From positions 1-49,775 of the forward strand of contig JBBRPR010000062.1 of the NCBI GenBank assembly GCA_038227875.1: a DNA stretch of 49,775 nucleotides. Direction: 5' to 3'. Positions 9,659 through 19,189 of this stretch are shown piece by piece. The notes beneath the pieces were generated by a model that did no database searches, was not told where the DNA came from, and saw only the letters and a program-made list of their open reading frames with translations. Within the stretch, counting starts at the first letter, position 1, and every line of letters starts with the position of its first letter. Source of the stretch: Planctomycetota bacterium (GTDB lineage Bacteria; Planctomycetota; SZUA-567; H5-PLA8). Made by a program: the position numbers and the translations under genes.

Positions 9659-10378
9659 TCAGTCGTCGTTTTCTTCTGCGTCGCGATCGGAATCGCGGCT
9701 CACGCCGGCGATTAGAATCGTGCACTCGCCGCGGGGAGGGTCGCTGGCAATCTTCTGTGCGAGTTCCCCGAGGGGCATGCGCAGGAATGTTTCGTGAATC
9801 TTGGTGAGCTCGCGGGCCAGGCAGGCGGGGCGGGATGCTCCGAAGATCTCGATCAGTTCGGGCATGATCTTAGGGACGCGCTGCGGGGATTCGTAGAAGA
9901 TCAGCGTCTCTTCGCGGTCCTTGATCGATTCCAGAATCCTCCGCCGTGCGCCGGGCTTCTTCGGCAGGAATCCGCGGAAGATAAAGCCGTGCACAGGCAA
10001 ACCGCTGGCGCTCAGCGCGGTGACGGCGGCACTGGGACCGGGGATGGGGATTACAGGAACACCGGCGGCAATCGCTTCACGAACCAGGCGGAACCCCGGG
10101 TCGCTGACCAGCGGAGTGCCGCCCTCGCTCACGATGGCGATGTCCTGGCCGCGCTGCAACATCTCGGCCAGGCGCGGGGCCATGCCTGTTTCGTTGTGCT
10201 CGCCGTACGCAAGAATCTGTTTGCCGTCGGCGGGGATGTTGAAGGCCGAGAGCAATCGTCGCGCGGAGCGCGTGTCTTCGGCGGCGATGATCGGGACAGA
10301 CGTCAGGATTTCGATGCCCCGGCGCGAAAAGTCGCCCAGGTTGCCCAGCGGCGTGGCGACTATGTAGAGGGAGCTCAT
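9659..10378 (-). CDS. rsmI: 16S rRNA (cytidine(1402)-2'-O)-methyltransferase
   Basis: LYIVATPLGNLGD, AAEDTR, GTPLVSDPG, FYESP, RELTKIHE; ATG overlaps purQ stop. Confidence 0.95.
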   Translation of the reverse strand: MSSLYIVATPLGNLGDFSRRGIEILTSVPIIAAEDTRSARRLLSAFNIPADGKQILAYGEHNETGMAPRLAEMLQRGQDIAIVSEGGTPLVSDPGFRLVREAIAAGVPVIPIPGPSAAVTALSASGLPVHGFIFRGFLPKKPGARRRILESIKDREETLIFYESPQRVPKIMPELIEIFGASRPACLARELTKIHETFLRMPLGELAQKIASDPPRGECTILIAGVSRDSDRDAEENDD

Positions 10379-11175
10379 CAGGATTTCGTGGCGTGCTTGA
10401 CGGCGTTGCGGAAGAGGAACAGGCCGTCGCCTTCCTTCTTCAAGCCCTCGCGAGTCCAGCGTGGGTGTTGCCAACCGAGGATATGGCGCTCGGGGTGCGG
10501 CATCAGACCCAGCACGCGGCCGGTCTCGTCAGTGACGCCGGCGATGTGATTGGGCGTGCCGTTGGGATTCTGCGGATAGACGGGAGCGGCACCGCCGGGC
10601 GCGACGTAGCGGAAGGCGACCTGGCCGCCGTCTTCGATCTTGCGCAGCGTGGCTTCGTCGCGCGCCACGAATTTGCCTTCGCCGTGCGCGACAGGAATGG
10701 TGATGGTGCGGCCGGCCTCGCCTTTCAGAAATGGCGACTGGCTTTTCTCGATCTTCAGCGTCACCCAGCGGTCTTCGAACTTTTGCGAATCATTGAACGT
10801 CAGCGTCGCGCCGGGGAGTTCGGTGTTGTTCTGCGGCCGGTACGACTGGCCAGGCAGGATGCCAGTCTTGACGAGAATCTGAAAACCGTTGCAGATGCCG
10901 AGCATCAACCCGCCACGTTCGATGAAGCGCTTGAGCGGATCGGAGAGAAACTGAACCAGCTCGTTGGCGAGCACGGTGCCGGAGCCCAGATCGTCGCCGT
11001 AGCTGAAGCCGCCGGGGAGCACGACGATGGCGTGTTCCTGGAGCAATTGAGGCGACTGACAGAGCGCGCGGACATGGACGGGTCGCACGGTGGCGCCGGC
11101 CTTTTCGAAAGCGAAGGTGGTTTCGCCATCGCAGTTGGTGCCGGCGGAGCGGAGCAGCAGAACAGGTACGGGCAT
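10378..11175 (-). CDS. purQ: Phosphoribosylformylglycinamidine synthase glutaminase subunit
   Basis: GTNCD, PGGFSYGD, GICNGFQ, AHGEG, NPNG, GLMPHPER. Confidence 0.96.
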   Translation of the reverse strand: MPVPVLLLRSAGTNCDGETTFAFEKAGATVRPVHVRALCQSPQLLQEHAIVVLPGGFSYGDDLGSGTVLANELVQFLSDPLKRFIERGGLMLGICNGFQILVKTGILPGQSYRPQNNTELPGATLTFNDSQKFEDRWVTLKIEKSQSPFLKGEAGRTITIPVAHGEGKFVARDEATLRKIEDGGQVAFRYVAPGGAAPVYPQNPNGTPNHIAGVTDETGRVLGLMPHPERHILGWQHPRWTREGLKKEGDGLFLFRNAVKHATKS

Positions 11176-11232
11176 GGTTTGGTTTCCGGGGCCTTGGATT
11201 GCGGAATCAGTGTAGCGGGGCGGGGGAGGATT

Positions 11233-11613
11233 TCATTTTCCAATTTCTGGCGACAGCGTCAGCACCGCGCATTCGCCAAATTCATTCGTAGAGAACTCGA
11301 TCGCTTGAATGATTTGCTGTCCCCGGAGTAGAAATATTTCCCGGCCATCGTCGATTGCGTGGCAAAGTTTCAGAAGGTTCTCGACCAAGCGGTCAGGTAT
11401 CGAATCCGAATCCGAGCATGACCACATGTTTGCGACGCAGGTGTACATCCAAACACCGTCTAAGGACGGTTCGATCTTAATCCGGGATGCTCGAGCTTTC
11501 GCTGCCCCTCCCAGCACGATGCGCAGGAGGTCCTTTTCTAGCCCGAACTCATCGTCCGGATCGTAGTCTGGTATCTGGACATCGGTGCTATAGAAGACGA
11601 AGTCATCGGACAT
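11233..11613 (-). CDS. Hypothetical protein resembling an isolated N2 domain of GspE/PilB ATPases
   Basis: ASRIKIEP, DDGR and FGECAVLTL align by eye with ASDIHIEP, QDGR and FGEKVVLRL; GAGGTGA RBS. Confidence 0.55.
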   Translation of the reverse strand: MSDDFVFYSTDVQIPDYDPDDEFGLEKDLLRIVLGGAAKARASRIKIEPSLDGVWMYTCVANMWSCSDSDSIPDRLVENLLKLCHAIDDGREIFLLRGQQIIQAIEFSTNEFGECAVLTLSPEIGK

Positions 11614-11841
11614 GGACTCACCTCGCGATGGAGTCCCATCTTAGTCCGCATTATTACGCGTTCAACTATTCGCTGAATTGAACTTTGGGCCAAGTGCGAT
11701 GCGGTGTTCAACTTTTTCATCCAGAAAATGCGGTTGCGACGTGCGCAAAGGACATTCATGGGATAGTATGGGAAATACCGGTTCACAGTGAGCCTGGCGC
11801 GGCACATTTCAGCACGCGCGTGAAAGGAACGAGGAAAGATC

Positions 11842-12261
11842 GTGGCACAGCAGATGGAATTGGCAACAACCAAGCGGCCTTCGCGGACGATGACCGGACG
11901 CGATATCGCCATTTTTGCGGCTCAGACAGCCGAGGATAAGAAGGGTGATACGATCATTGTCTACGATTTGCGTGGACTGACCGATCTCACCGATTACTTC
12001 GTGATCGTGACGGCGCATTCGAAGGCCCAGATCCGCGCGATCGTGGAAACGATCTCCCACGACTTGAAGAAGCAGCATAACGTCAACAAATACGGCCAGG
12101 AAGGCAACGAGAACGGCCAGTGGATTCTGCTGGACTATTCCGACTGCGTCATCCACATTTTCTCGCCGCAGCTGCGCGAATACTACGGGCTGGAATCGTT
12201 GTGGGGCGACGCGCCGCGCGTAAATTGGGCCAAGAAGGAATTGAAAACCGCGACGGCATGA
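11842..12261 (+). CDS. rsfS: Ribosome silencing factor
   Basis: EDKKG, TDYFVIVT, WILLDYSDCVIHIF, REYYGLESLWGDA. Confidence 0.95.
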   Translation: MAQQMELATTKRPSRTMTGRDIAIFAAQTAEDKKGDTIIVYDLRGLTDLTDYFVIVTAHSKAQIRAIVETISHDLKKQHNVNKYGQEGNENGQWILLDYSDCVIHIFSPQLREYYGLESLWGDAPRVNWAKKELKTATA

Positions 12262-12328
12262 CGATACATAAGAGGGCGTTTTCGGATCGCGTTTCACGTA
12301 CCCGTTAAACAGGATCAATCTCCCCTCT

Positions 12329-14881
12329 ATGTCATCGGCGCGCTGGATCTGGATTCCGCATCGCGAATACGTCAATCAGCATCTGTATTTGCGCAAGCGT
12401 TTTGAATTGACGTCGGCCGTAAAGTCCGCGGTGGTGCGCGTCACGGCTGATACACGCTACAAGCTCTTCGTCAACGGCACGCTGGTCGTGCGTGGACCGG
12501 CGCGTGGGTTTCCGCAGTACCAGCCGGTCGACGAACTGGACATTGCGCCGTATCTGAAAACCGGGCCCAATGTGCTGGCGGCTCATGTTTTGTCGTTTGG
12601 AATTTCGACCGCGCAGAACGTCTTCCGCGACCGCGCGGGATTTTTCTGCGAAGGTTCCGTCACGTTCGAAAGCGGGATGCCCGTCGAACTGGATTCCAAC
12701 CATACGTGGCGGCTGAAAGCAGCGCGCGGCTACCGGCGCTACGTGGCGCGCTCGGCGTCCCAGATGGGATACCAGGAACATTACGACGTCGCGCGCGACG
12801 CCTTCGCCGGCGATCCGGACGGCGTGAACTGGATGCTTCCCGGTTACGACGATGCCGCCTGGGGACGTCCGCATATTCTCGGCACGCCCGGCACGTTGCC
12901 GTGGCGCACGCTGCAAACGCGCGAGACGCCGATGTTGAAAACGGTGCTGCGCAAACCCTCGACTCTGGTCGGGCAGTGGGACGGACCGGACTTGTTGCTG
13001 GATGCCCAGCACGAGGATGCTTCGGACGTCACCAAGATGGTGCGCTCGGAAGTGCGCACGGTGGCCGCGTCGCCGCATTTTGACAAACTGGAAACACTGC
13101 TGGAAGGCTCCGGCGGCGGCACGGCCACGATCCGTCCGGCTCCGGACGGAAAGTTCGTGGTCTGCGTCTTCGATTTTGGCGAAACACGCTTCGGCTACAC
13201 GGCATTGAAAGTCTGCGGTGCGAGCGGCGGCGAAACGTTCGACCTGGTTTACGGCGAACAGGCCGGCGAAGGCGGGCTCGATGTCTCGCCGGGCATCGCT
13301 AATGCGTCGGAAGCGTACGACACGAGTCTCGGCGACCGGCTGATGTGCGCCGCGGGCACCAATCGTTTCGAATCGGTGCAGGCACGCGGCTTTCGCTATT
13401 TGATGCTCGTTTGCCGCAACATTCGCACCCCGATCACCATCGAACATGTGGCGATTCAGGAAATTGAATATCCGGCCGAGCAGCACGGCGCGTTTGCCTG
13501 TTCCGATCCCTTGCTCAATACGATTTGGGAAACGGGCGTGCGGACGTTGCGCCATTGCATGGCCGATACGTACATGGACTGCCCGACGCGTTCTCAAGAA
13601 CAGGGCTGGGCGGCCACACGCGTGGCCGGCGCGGTGGCGGCCTACGCGCTCGGCGATCTGGCGCTCTACCGCCGCGGCCTGAAATTGATGGCGCAGGGAA
13701 TCATGCAGGATGGGCTGATGCTCGGCGTCGTTCCCAGCGAACGGCCGGATTGCGTCATTCCGGATTACAGCCTGCACTGGATCGCGTCGCTCAACGAGTA
13801 CCACCAGTTTTCCGGCGACTCCAAACCGCTGAAGGAGCACCGCGAGATTGTCGAGAAAGTGCTCGGCTATTTCGCCGTGCACGCCGGCGAACGCGGATTG
13901 TTGGGCGCGGCGCCGAACTACACACTTTTCCTGGATTGGGCGCCGGGTCTCGACCGTGGCAATTTGTCGGCGACGTACAATCTGCTTTACCTCCACGCGC
14001 TCCGTCATGCCGTTCAGATCGGAAACGTGATCGGCTTCACCGGGCTGGCCAACCATTGCGTGCGCCAGGCAAATGCGCTCTCGGAGCGCATCATCACTGC
14101 GTTTGGCACCAGCCACCGGAACTTGCTCGTTGAATCCGTCGACATGCGCACCGGCGAACCCAGCGACCTGGTCAGCCAGCATGCCACGGCTTTGGCGGTG
14201 ATGTGCGGCGTATTGAGCGGACGTGGGTCGGGGCGTTCGGCGACGATGGGCCAGGCCTCGGCAACCGGACAGGTACTGCTGGCGGTGGGCGTCGAGGATC
14301 CGCGAGATCCGATCATACACGATCATGCCGATACGCAGGGCGGTATGGGGCCCGTCGCGGATGTGCTGAGCAACTTCCTGCCGCCGCCGGGTCTGGACAT
14401 CGCGCCCGGTCCGGTGCGCGCGAATTTGTTTTTCCGGCAGTACGTCCACAAAGCGCTGTTACGAATCGGACTGGGGCAACGCGCGCTGGACGACATCCGG
14501 CGCACGTGGGGTTACATGCTCGAGCATGGCGCGACCACGTGGTGGGAACGCATGCCGATGAAGCCCGGTGCCAGCCGCTGTCACGCCTGGTCGGCTCACC
14601 CGACGGCTTTTCTGTCGCGGCATGTGCTGGGGCTCTACCCGATTGAAGCGGGCTGGCGGCGCTTCGGGGTGGATCCGCAAAGCTTCGATCTGAAACACGC
14701 AGCCGGGAAAGTGCCGACACCGCACGGCGACATCAGTATTTCCTGGACGATCAACGCGGACCAGATCCGCGAGTTCGAGCTGACTGTGCCAAAGGGCACG
14801 GAAGCCTACGTCACCATCGACCGCAGCGAACTCCCGCGCATGCTGAAAGAAGGCACCCATCGCTGGTCCGAAGTCGACTAG
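12329..14881 (+). CDS. Glycoside hydrolase family 78 (alpha-L-rhamnosidase-like) protein
   Basis: ADTRYKLFVNG, FDFG, FACSDPLLNTIW, YMDCP, GATTWWE, SRCHAWSAHP, VPTPHGDI. Confidence 0.88.
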   Translation: MSSARWIWIPHREYVNQHLYLRKRFELTSAVKSAVVRVTADTRYKLFVNGTLVVRGPARGFPQYQPVDELDIAPYLKTGPNVLAAHVLSFGISTAQNVFRDRAGFFCEGSVTFESGMPVELDSNHTWRLKAARGYRRYVARSASQMGYQEHYDVARDAFAGDPDGVNWMLPGYDDAAWGRPHILGTPGTLPWRTLQTRETPMLKTVLRKPSTLVGQWDGPDLLLDAQHEDASDVTKMVRSEVRTVAASPHFDKLETLLEGSGGGTATIRPAPDGKFVVCVFDFGETRFGYTALKVCGASGGETFDLVYGEQAGEGGLDVSPGIANASEAYDTSLGDRLMCAAGTNRFESVQARGFRYLMLVCRNIRTPITIEHVAIQEIEYPAEQHGAFACSDPLLNTIWETGVRTLRHCMADTYMDCPTRSQEQGWAATRVAGAVAAYALGDLALYRRGLKLMAQGIMQDGLMLGVVPSERPDCVIPDYSLHWIASLNEYHQFSGDSKPLKEHREIVEKVLGYFAVHAGERGLLGAAPNYTLFLDWAPGLDRGNLSATYNLLYLHALRHAVQIGNVIGFTGLANHCVRQANALSERIITAFGTSHRNLLVESVDMRTGEPSDLVSQHATALAVMCGVLSGRGSGRSATMGQASATGQVLLAVGVEDPRDPIIHDHADTQGGMGPVADVLSNFLPPPGLDIAPGPVRANLFFRQYVHKALLRIGLGQRALDDIRRTWGYMLEHGATTWWERMPMKPGASRCHAWSAHPTAFLSRHVLGLYPIEAGWRRFGVDPQSFDLKHAAGKVPTPHGDISISWTINADQIREFELTVPKGTEAYVTIDRSELPRMLKEGTHRWSEVD

Positions 14882-14897
14882 TGCGGCTACGCCGCGC

Positions 14898-15245
14898 TCA
14901 CTTCTTTTCGGGCGGTTGCGCGGGCGGATTGTTTTTCTTGGCGGCTTTCAGGCGCATGTTGTCAGCGCAGGTGGGGCAGACTTTCTGGCCTTCCAATTCA
15001 ACCAGCTGCTCCTCGGGCGTGGAAACGGTGCAGACCTGACACATCTTGACGCCGGCTTTGGCGGCGACTTTCTTCGGGCCTTTCTCAACGGTCGGCGTAG
15101 AGCTCTTGGACTCGGGGCGCTCCGCGGCAGGATCTTCCGCCGGTGCGTTGATGTCCAGCGCGCAACACGGACAGACGGTACGGCCGTTGCGTAGCACGGT
15201 TGCGCAGCGTTTGCAGCGGACGAGCGTTTTGACAGGCATAGCCAT
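14898..15245 (-). CDS. Small protein with two zinc ribbons
   Basis: CKRC...CPCC and CQVC...CPTC separated by a low-complexity linker; start uncertain (15239-15266). Confidence 0.7.
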   Translation of the reverse strand: MAMPVKTLVRCKRCATVLRNGRTVCPCCALDINAPAEDPAAERPESKSSTPTVEKGPKKVAAKAGVKMCQVCTVSTPEEQLVELEGQKVCPTCADNMRLKAAKKNNPPAQPPEKK

Positions 15246-15438
15246 GGCAGGGCTCCGAATGTGCACGACGATTGCTTCAGAGAAATGTCACTCGGAGGGA
15301 CATGGATTGTCAAATGGATGTGTGTAAAATGTCACCGAAACGCAGAGAGTGGAAATTCGTGAGCGCTGTGCTCGCCACGCGGTGATGTGGAGCATAGACT
15401 GCACCATGGGAAAATTGGGAACAAATTCGGAGGAAGGC

Positions 15439-16446
15439 TTGACGGACGACGCAGCCATTCGGACTTCCGGGTTAGGCATTGTTTATAACCCAGGTCTTTT
15501 CGCCGCAAAAAAAGTTGGTCTTTCTGGCCTGGACATGGTCGTTCCGCGCGGCAGTACGTTCGGGTATCTGGGCCAAAATGGCGCGGGCAAGACTAGTACC
15601 ATCAAGATCCTCGTCGGTCTCCAATTTCAAACTTCTGGTGAGGCGTGGATCAACGGCGGCAACGTGCTGGACGCCAAATCGCGGCGCAGCGTGGGATTCA
15701 TGCCGGAGAATCCCTACTTTTACGAATACCTCAATGCCCGCGAAGCACTCGATTTTTACGGCAAACTTTCCGGCATGGACCGCGCGTCCCGAACGCGTCG
15801 CGCCGAAGAGCTGATCTCCGAGTTCGGCCTCGGCCACGCCAAGGACACGCCGCTGCGAAATTATTCCAAAGGCATGCGCCAGCGGCTGGGTCTGGCTCAG
15901 GCGATCATCCACGATCCGCCGCTGGTGATCCTGGACGAACCGATGTCCGGTCTCGATCCGCTCGGCCGGCGCGACATCCGCAATGTGATTTTGAGATTGC
16001 GCGACAAGGGGCGGACGGTGTTTTTCAGTTCGCACATTCTGAGCGATGTGGAAGAAATCTGCGACCGCGTCTGCGTGCTCAACCAGGGGCGCAAAATCGC
16101 CGAAGGTCCGCTGAGCACGCTGCTGACAGGCAAGGTGCTGGAAGTGAAGTTGAGCGTCTCCGGATTGACGCCCGAGACGGCGCCGAAGCTGGAAAATCTC
16201 GCGATCAGGGCTTGGCACGATGGGCTGCTTTATCACGTGCAGGTTGATTCCGATGAAAAGGCTCAATTGGCCAAGGCCAAACTGGAGCAGGCTGGGGGAG
16301 TGTTACGGTCGATGGAGCAGCACAAGGAATCGCTCGAGGAATATTTTGTGCGCGTGACCGGGGATCCCGGCGCGGCGTCCGCACTTTCGCCGAATCCGGG
16401 TGGCGCCATTGTGGAGAAGATAACGGAGGCGACGCAGAAATCATGA
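15439..16446 (+). CDS. ABC transporter ATP-binding protein (PilH-like)
   Basis: GQNGAGKTS, YSKGMRQR, ILDEPMSGLDPLGR, SSH; TTG 15439 follows GGAGG. Confidence 0.92.
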   Translation: MTDDAAIRTSGLGIVYNPGLFAAKKVGLSGLDMVVPRGSTFGYLGQNGAGKTSTIKILVGLQFQTSGEAWINGGNVLDAKSRRSVGFMPENPYFYEYLNAREALDFYGKLSGMDRASRTRRAEELISEFGLGHAKDTPLRNYSKGMRQRLGLAQAIIHDPPLVILDEPMSGLDPLGRRDIRNVILRLRDKGRTVFFSSHILSDVEEICDRVCVLNQGRKIAEGPLSTLLTGKVLEVKLSVSGLTPETAPKLENLAIRAWHDGLLYHVQVDSDEKAQLAKAKLEQAGGVLRSMEQHKESLEEYFVRVTGDPGAASALSPNPGGAIVEKITEATQKS

Positions 16447-17228
16447 TTGTTGCGACTCTTGCCCTCAATACGTTTCGTGAAGCGGTGCGGGACAAGATCC
16501 TGTACGTGCTGATGATCTTCGGTGTGCTGATGATCCTGGTCTCCCGCGCCATCGGCTTTGTCAGCATCGGCAGCGAAGCCAAGGTCATGACCGACCTCGG
16601 CCTGACATCGATCTGGATTTTTTCGGGGATGGTCTCGATTTTCATCGGCACGGGCCTGATCTACAAAGAGATCGACAAGTGCACGATCTACACGATTCTC
16701 TCCAAGCCGACGGAGCGCTGGCAATTCATCGCGGGAAAATATTTCGGGCTGCTGCTGACGACCTTCGTTAACATCACGATTTTGTCGGCGGCGTTCCTGG
16801 GATATCTCTGGATCTGCAACGCCGGGATTTCCCTGGCGCTGATCCAGGCGCTGGTGCTGACGTTCATCGAGATGATGATCGTGACGGCGATCGCAATTTT
16901 CTTCTCGTCGGCGAGCACGCCAATCCTCTCGGCGATCTTCACCACGATCATTTTCTTTGCCGGGCAGATGACCAAATGGGTCGTCGACCTCGGTTCCTCG
17001 GTAAAAGACACGGCGCCCTGGGTCGGCAAGCTGCTCTACGGTGTTTACCTGTTCATGCCCAATCTGCATAACTTTAACGTGCGCAGTGAAGCGGTGCTGG
17101 CGACACACGACAGCCTCGCGATCGCGATTTCCGCGAGCGAAATGTGGAGCTGCGCCATCTATGGGTTCTCGTACACGCTGGCGCTGCTGCTGGCGGCGCA
17201 TTTGATGTTCAGCCGGCGCAATCTTTAG
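16443..17228 (+). CDS. ABC-2 type permease (PilI-like)
   Basis: NTFREAVRDKILY, EIDKCTIYTILSKP..R..FIAGKYFG, multiple TM helices, FSRRNL terminus. Confidence 0.88.
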   Translation: MIVATLALNTFREAVRDKILYVLMIFGVLMILVSRAIGFVSIGSEAKVMTDLGLTSIWIFSGMVSIFIGTGLIYKEIDKCTIYTILSKPTERWQFIAGKYFGLLLTTFVNITILSAAFLGYLWICNAGISLALIQALVLTFIEMMIVTAIAIFFSSASTPILSAIFTTIIFFAGQMTKWVVDLGSSVKDTAPWVGKLLYGVYLFMPNLHNFNVRSEAVLATHDSLAIAISASEMWSCAIYGFSYTLALLLAAHLMFSRRNL

Positions 17229-17246
17229 TCACGGGACGAGGCGGCG

Positions 17247-18662
17247 ATGTTTCCACTCTGTGTTGGGATCTCCGACGCGCAAGAGAAACTGGTCTTCTGG
17301 GACAATCTGTTCCAGCTGGCCTACCCCGCGTATTTTGCAGCTTTTGGTCTCAGTGCCGTCGTAATGGTGCTGGCCGTCTTGCAGGCGCGCAGCGCGGTGC
17401 GCCGGCGGAGTATCGTGCTGTTTCACGGCAGTCTGATTCTGCTGCTGATGCTCTGCGCACTGAGCCACCAGACGGCCATCGACACCAACCGTGGCTTCAT
17501 CGGCGACCGCGAGAAACGCTACGATAAATTGATGTCCGAGCTGGAAAAGCGCATGGACAAGGAGGAAGTCCTGCGGTCGCAATATCTGTACATGCCGGTG
17601 GGCGATTCACTGGCGTACATGACGCTGGGCAACACGGCGATCGCTGCCGACTACCTGTGGCTCACCAGCACGCAGTACGTCGCGACGTCGTTTCATCGCG
17701 GCCATAAGTTTGAGATGCTCAGCCGCTTCTACAATGCGATGATAAACATGGAGCCGCATTGGATCGATGCGGAAGTGAACGCGGGCAAGGTACTTTCGGC
17801 GCTGGAACCCAACCGCTTTTCCGTTGAGCAGTATTACATCCGCGCCATCGTCAACAATCCCGACGACTGGCGGCTGCCGTACGCCGCCGGGCGTCTGTTC
17901 GTGGTGCCGCCGATGAATCTCGACGACCGGCCGCTCTACGCCGACCGCGGTGTCGGCTGGTTCAAGCTGGCGCTTTCTCGCAAATCGTTTCCGCCCGACA
18001 TGGTGAACTCGACAACCAAGCTGATGGCTCTGATGTCAGCGGAAGCCGGCTACCTTGAAGCCGCTGACGCGATGCTTTTTCAGCAGGCCACCGACGAATC
18101 CGGCGACCGCCACCTGCGGGAAATCGCGGCGCGGGACTGGATGAACGTGCACAGCATCCGGCTCGCGAAGGACCTCGAGAATCTTGCCGCCGCCTATAAG
18201 GAGCAGACCGGCAGCGTCGCGCCGGACATCGCGACGCTGCTGAAACCGCTTTCGCCGGAAGCCGCGGCGGAATTTAAAGAAGATGCGTTTGGCTATCCGT
18301 TCGACTACGAACCGGCGACCGGAAAAGTGGCATCTCGCGGCGTCAAGGTGCGCAAGGCGATGACCGTCGCCAACATGATTCACACGCTGATCGGGAACTA
18401 TCGTGCCGCGCACCAGGGGAATCCGCCGCCAACGCTGGAAGACTTGCGACAATTCCTCCACGTCTACTATTCCGGCAACAATCAGCCGGGACCGGCAATG
18501 ACCGAAGCTTTCGGCAACGACCTAAACCCCGTACGCAGCCCGCTGGGTCAATGGAACTACGACGCCGCGACGGGAACAATCGTGCTGCCAGAATGGTGCA
18601 ACGCCACGCAGCTTTATGCGAAGGCGGACGCCGTGCTCGATTTGAAAAAGACGAAGCAATGA
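17247..18662 (+). CDS. Membrane-anchored helical protein, PilG/XapA-like
   Basis: N-terminal TM helices; LGNTAIAADYLW..TQY and NNPDDWRLPYAAG motifs; follows the pilH/pilI-like pair. Confidence 0.6.
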   Translation: MFPLCVGISDAQEKLVFWDNLFQLAYPAYFAAFGLSAVVMVLAVLQARSAVRRRSIVLFHGSLILLLMLCALSHQTAIDTNRGFIGDREKRYDKLMSELEKRMDKEEVLRSQYLYMPVGDSLAYMTLGNTAIAADYLWLTSTQYVATSFHRGHKFEMLSRFYNAMINMEPHWIDAEVNAGKVLSALEPNRFSVEQYYIRAIVNNPDDWRLPYAAGRLFVVPPMNLDDRPLYADRGVGWFKLALSRKSFPPDMVNSTTKLMALMSAEAGYLEAADAMLFQQATDESGDRHLREIAARDWMNVHSIRLAKDLENLAAAYKEQTGSVAPDIATLLKPLSPEAAAEFKEDAFGYPFDYEPATGKVASRGVKVRKAMTVANMIHTLIGNYRAAHQGNPPPTLEDLRQFLHVYYSGNNQPGPAMTEAFGNDLNPVRSPLGQWNYDAATGTIVLPEWCNATQLYAKADAVLDLKKTKQ

Positions 18663-18869
18663 GGTGAGGTTGCCGCTACGCCGATCCCTGCCTCCTAACT
18701 CCTGCCCCCTGGCGACTTAGCCGCTCTTTCGGAAAATTTTTGTAAAAATATAAATTTTCACTTCAAACTTATGCACATTTGATAATATGCGTATTTAGCT
18801 CTCGGAACAAATCGGCCAATGGGGACGGTTGTTAGGTCGCAGGGCAAGGTTGTGGTTAGGAGATAGGTT

Positions 18870-19076
18870 ATGGCGTCGGGCAAGGTGAAGTGGTTCAACG
18901 ATCAGAAGGGCTTCGGGTTTATTACCCCGGACGAAGGTGGCAAGGACCTGTTCGTTCATCACAGCGAAATCCAGGCAGATGGTTTCCGAACCCTGCAGGA
19001 AGGTCAAGCTGTTGAGTACGAAGCTGTCCAGGACACCAAGGGCCCCAAGGCCACGAAAGTGCGCCCCAAAGGTTGA
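18870..19076 (+). CDS. Cold-shock protein (CspA family)
   Basis: [15 protein letters not shown] (RNP1), DLFVHHS (RNP2); AGGAG RBS. Confidence 0.97.
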   Translation: MASGKVKWFNDQKGFGFITPDEGGKDLFVHHSEIQADGFRTLQEGQAVEYEAVQDTKGPKATKVRPKG

Positions 19077-19117
19077 TCGGTTGATCAGTTGAACGACTGA
19101 CGACTCGATAATGTTGG

Positions 19118-19153
19118 ACGGCGGGAAGCTAACCCCTTCCCGCCGTTTTATTT
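19118..19153 (+). terminator. Intrinsic terminator after the csp gene
   Basis: ACGGCGGGAAG-N7-CTTCCCGCCGT followed by TTTATTT. Confidence 0.8.
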
Positions 19154-19189
19154 CTCCGCACACATTAACCCATCAAGGAGTTCCACCGC

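Noticed and set aside
12332..14449. Long antisense ORFs (also 22281-23906, 24782-26323, 27669-29135, 44423-46858, 47182-48543)
   Set aside because: Shadows of high-GC coding genes on the opposite strand; no motifs.
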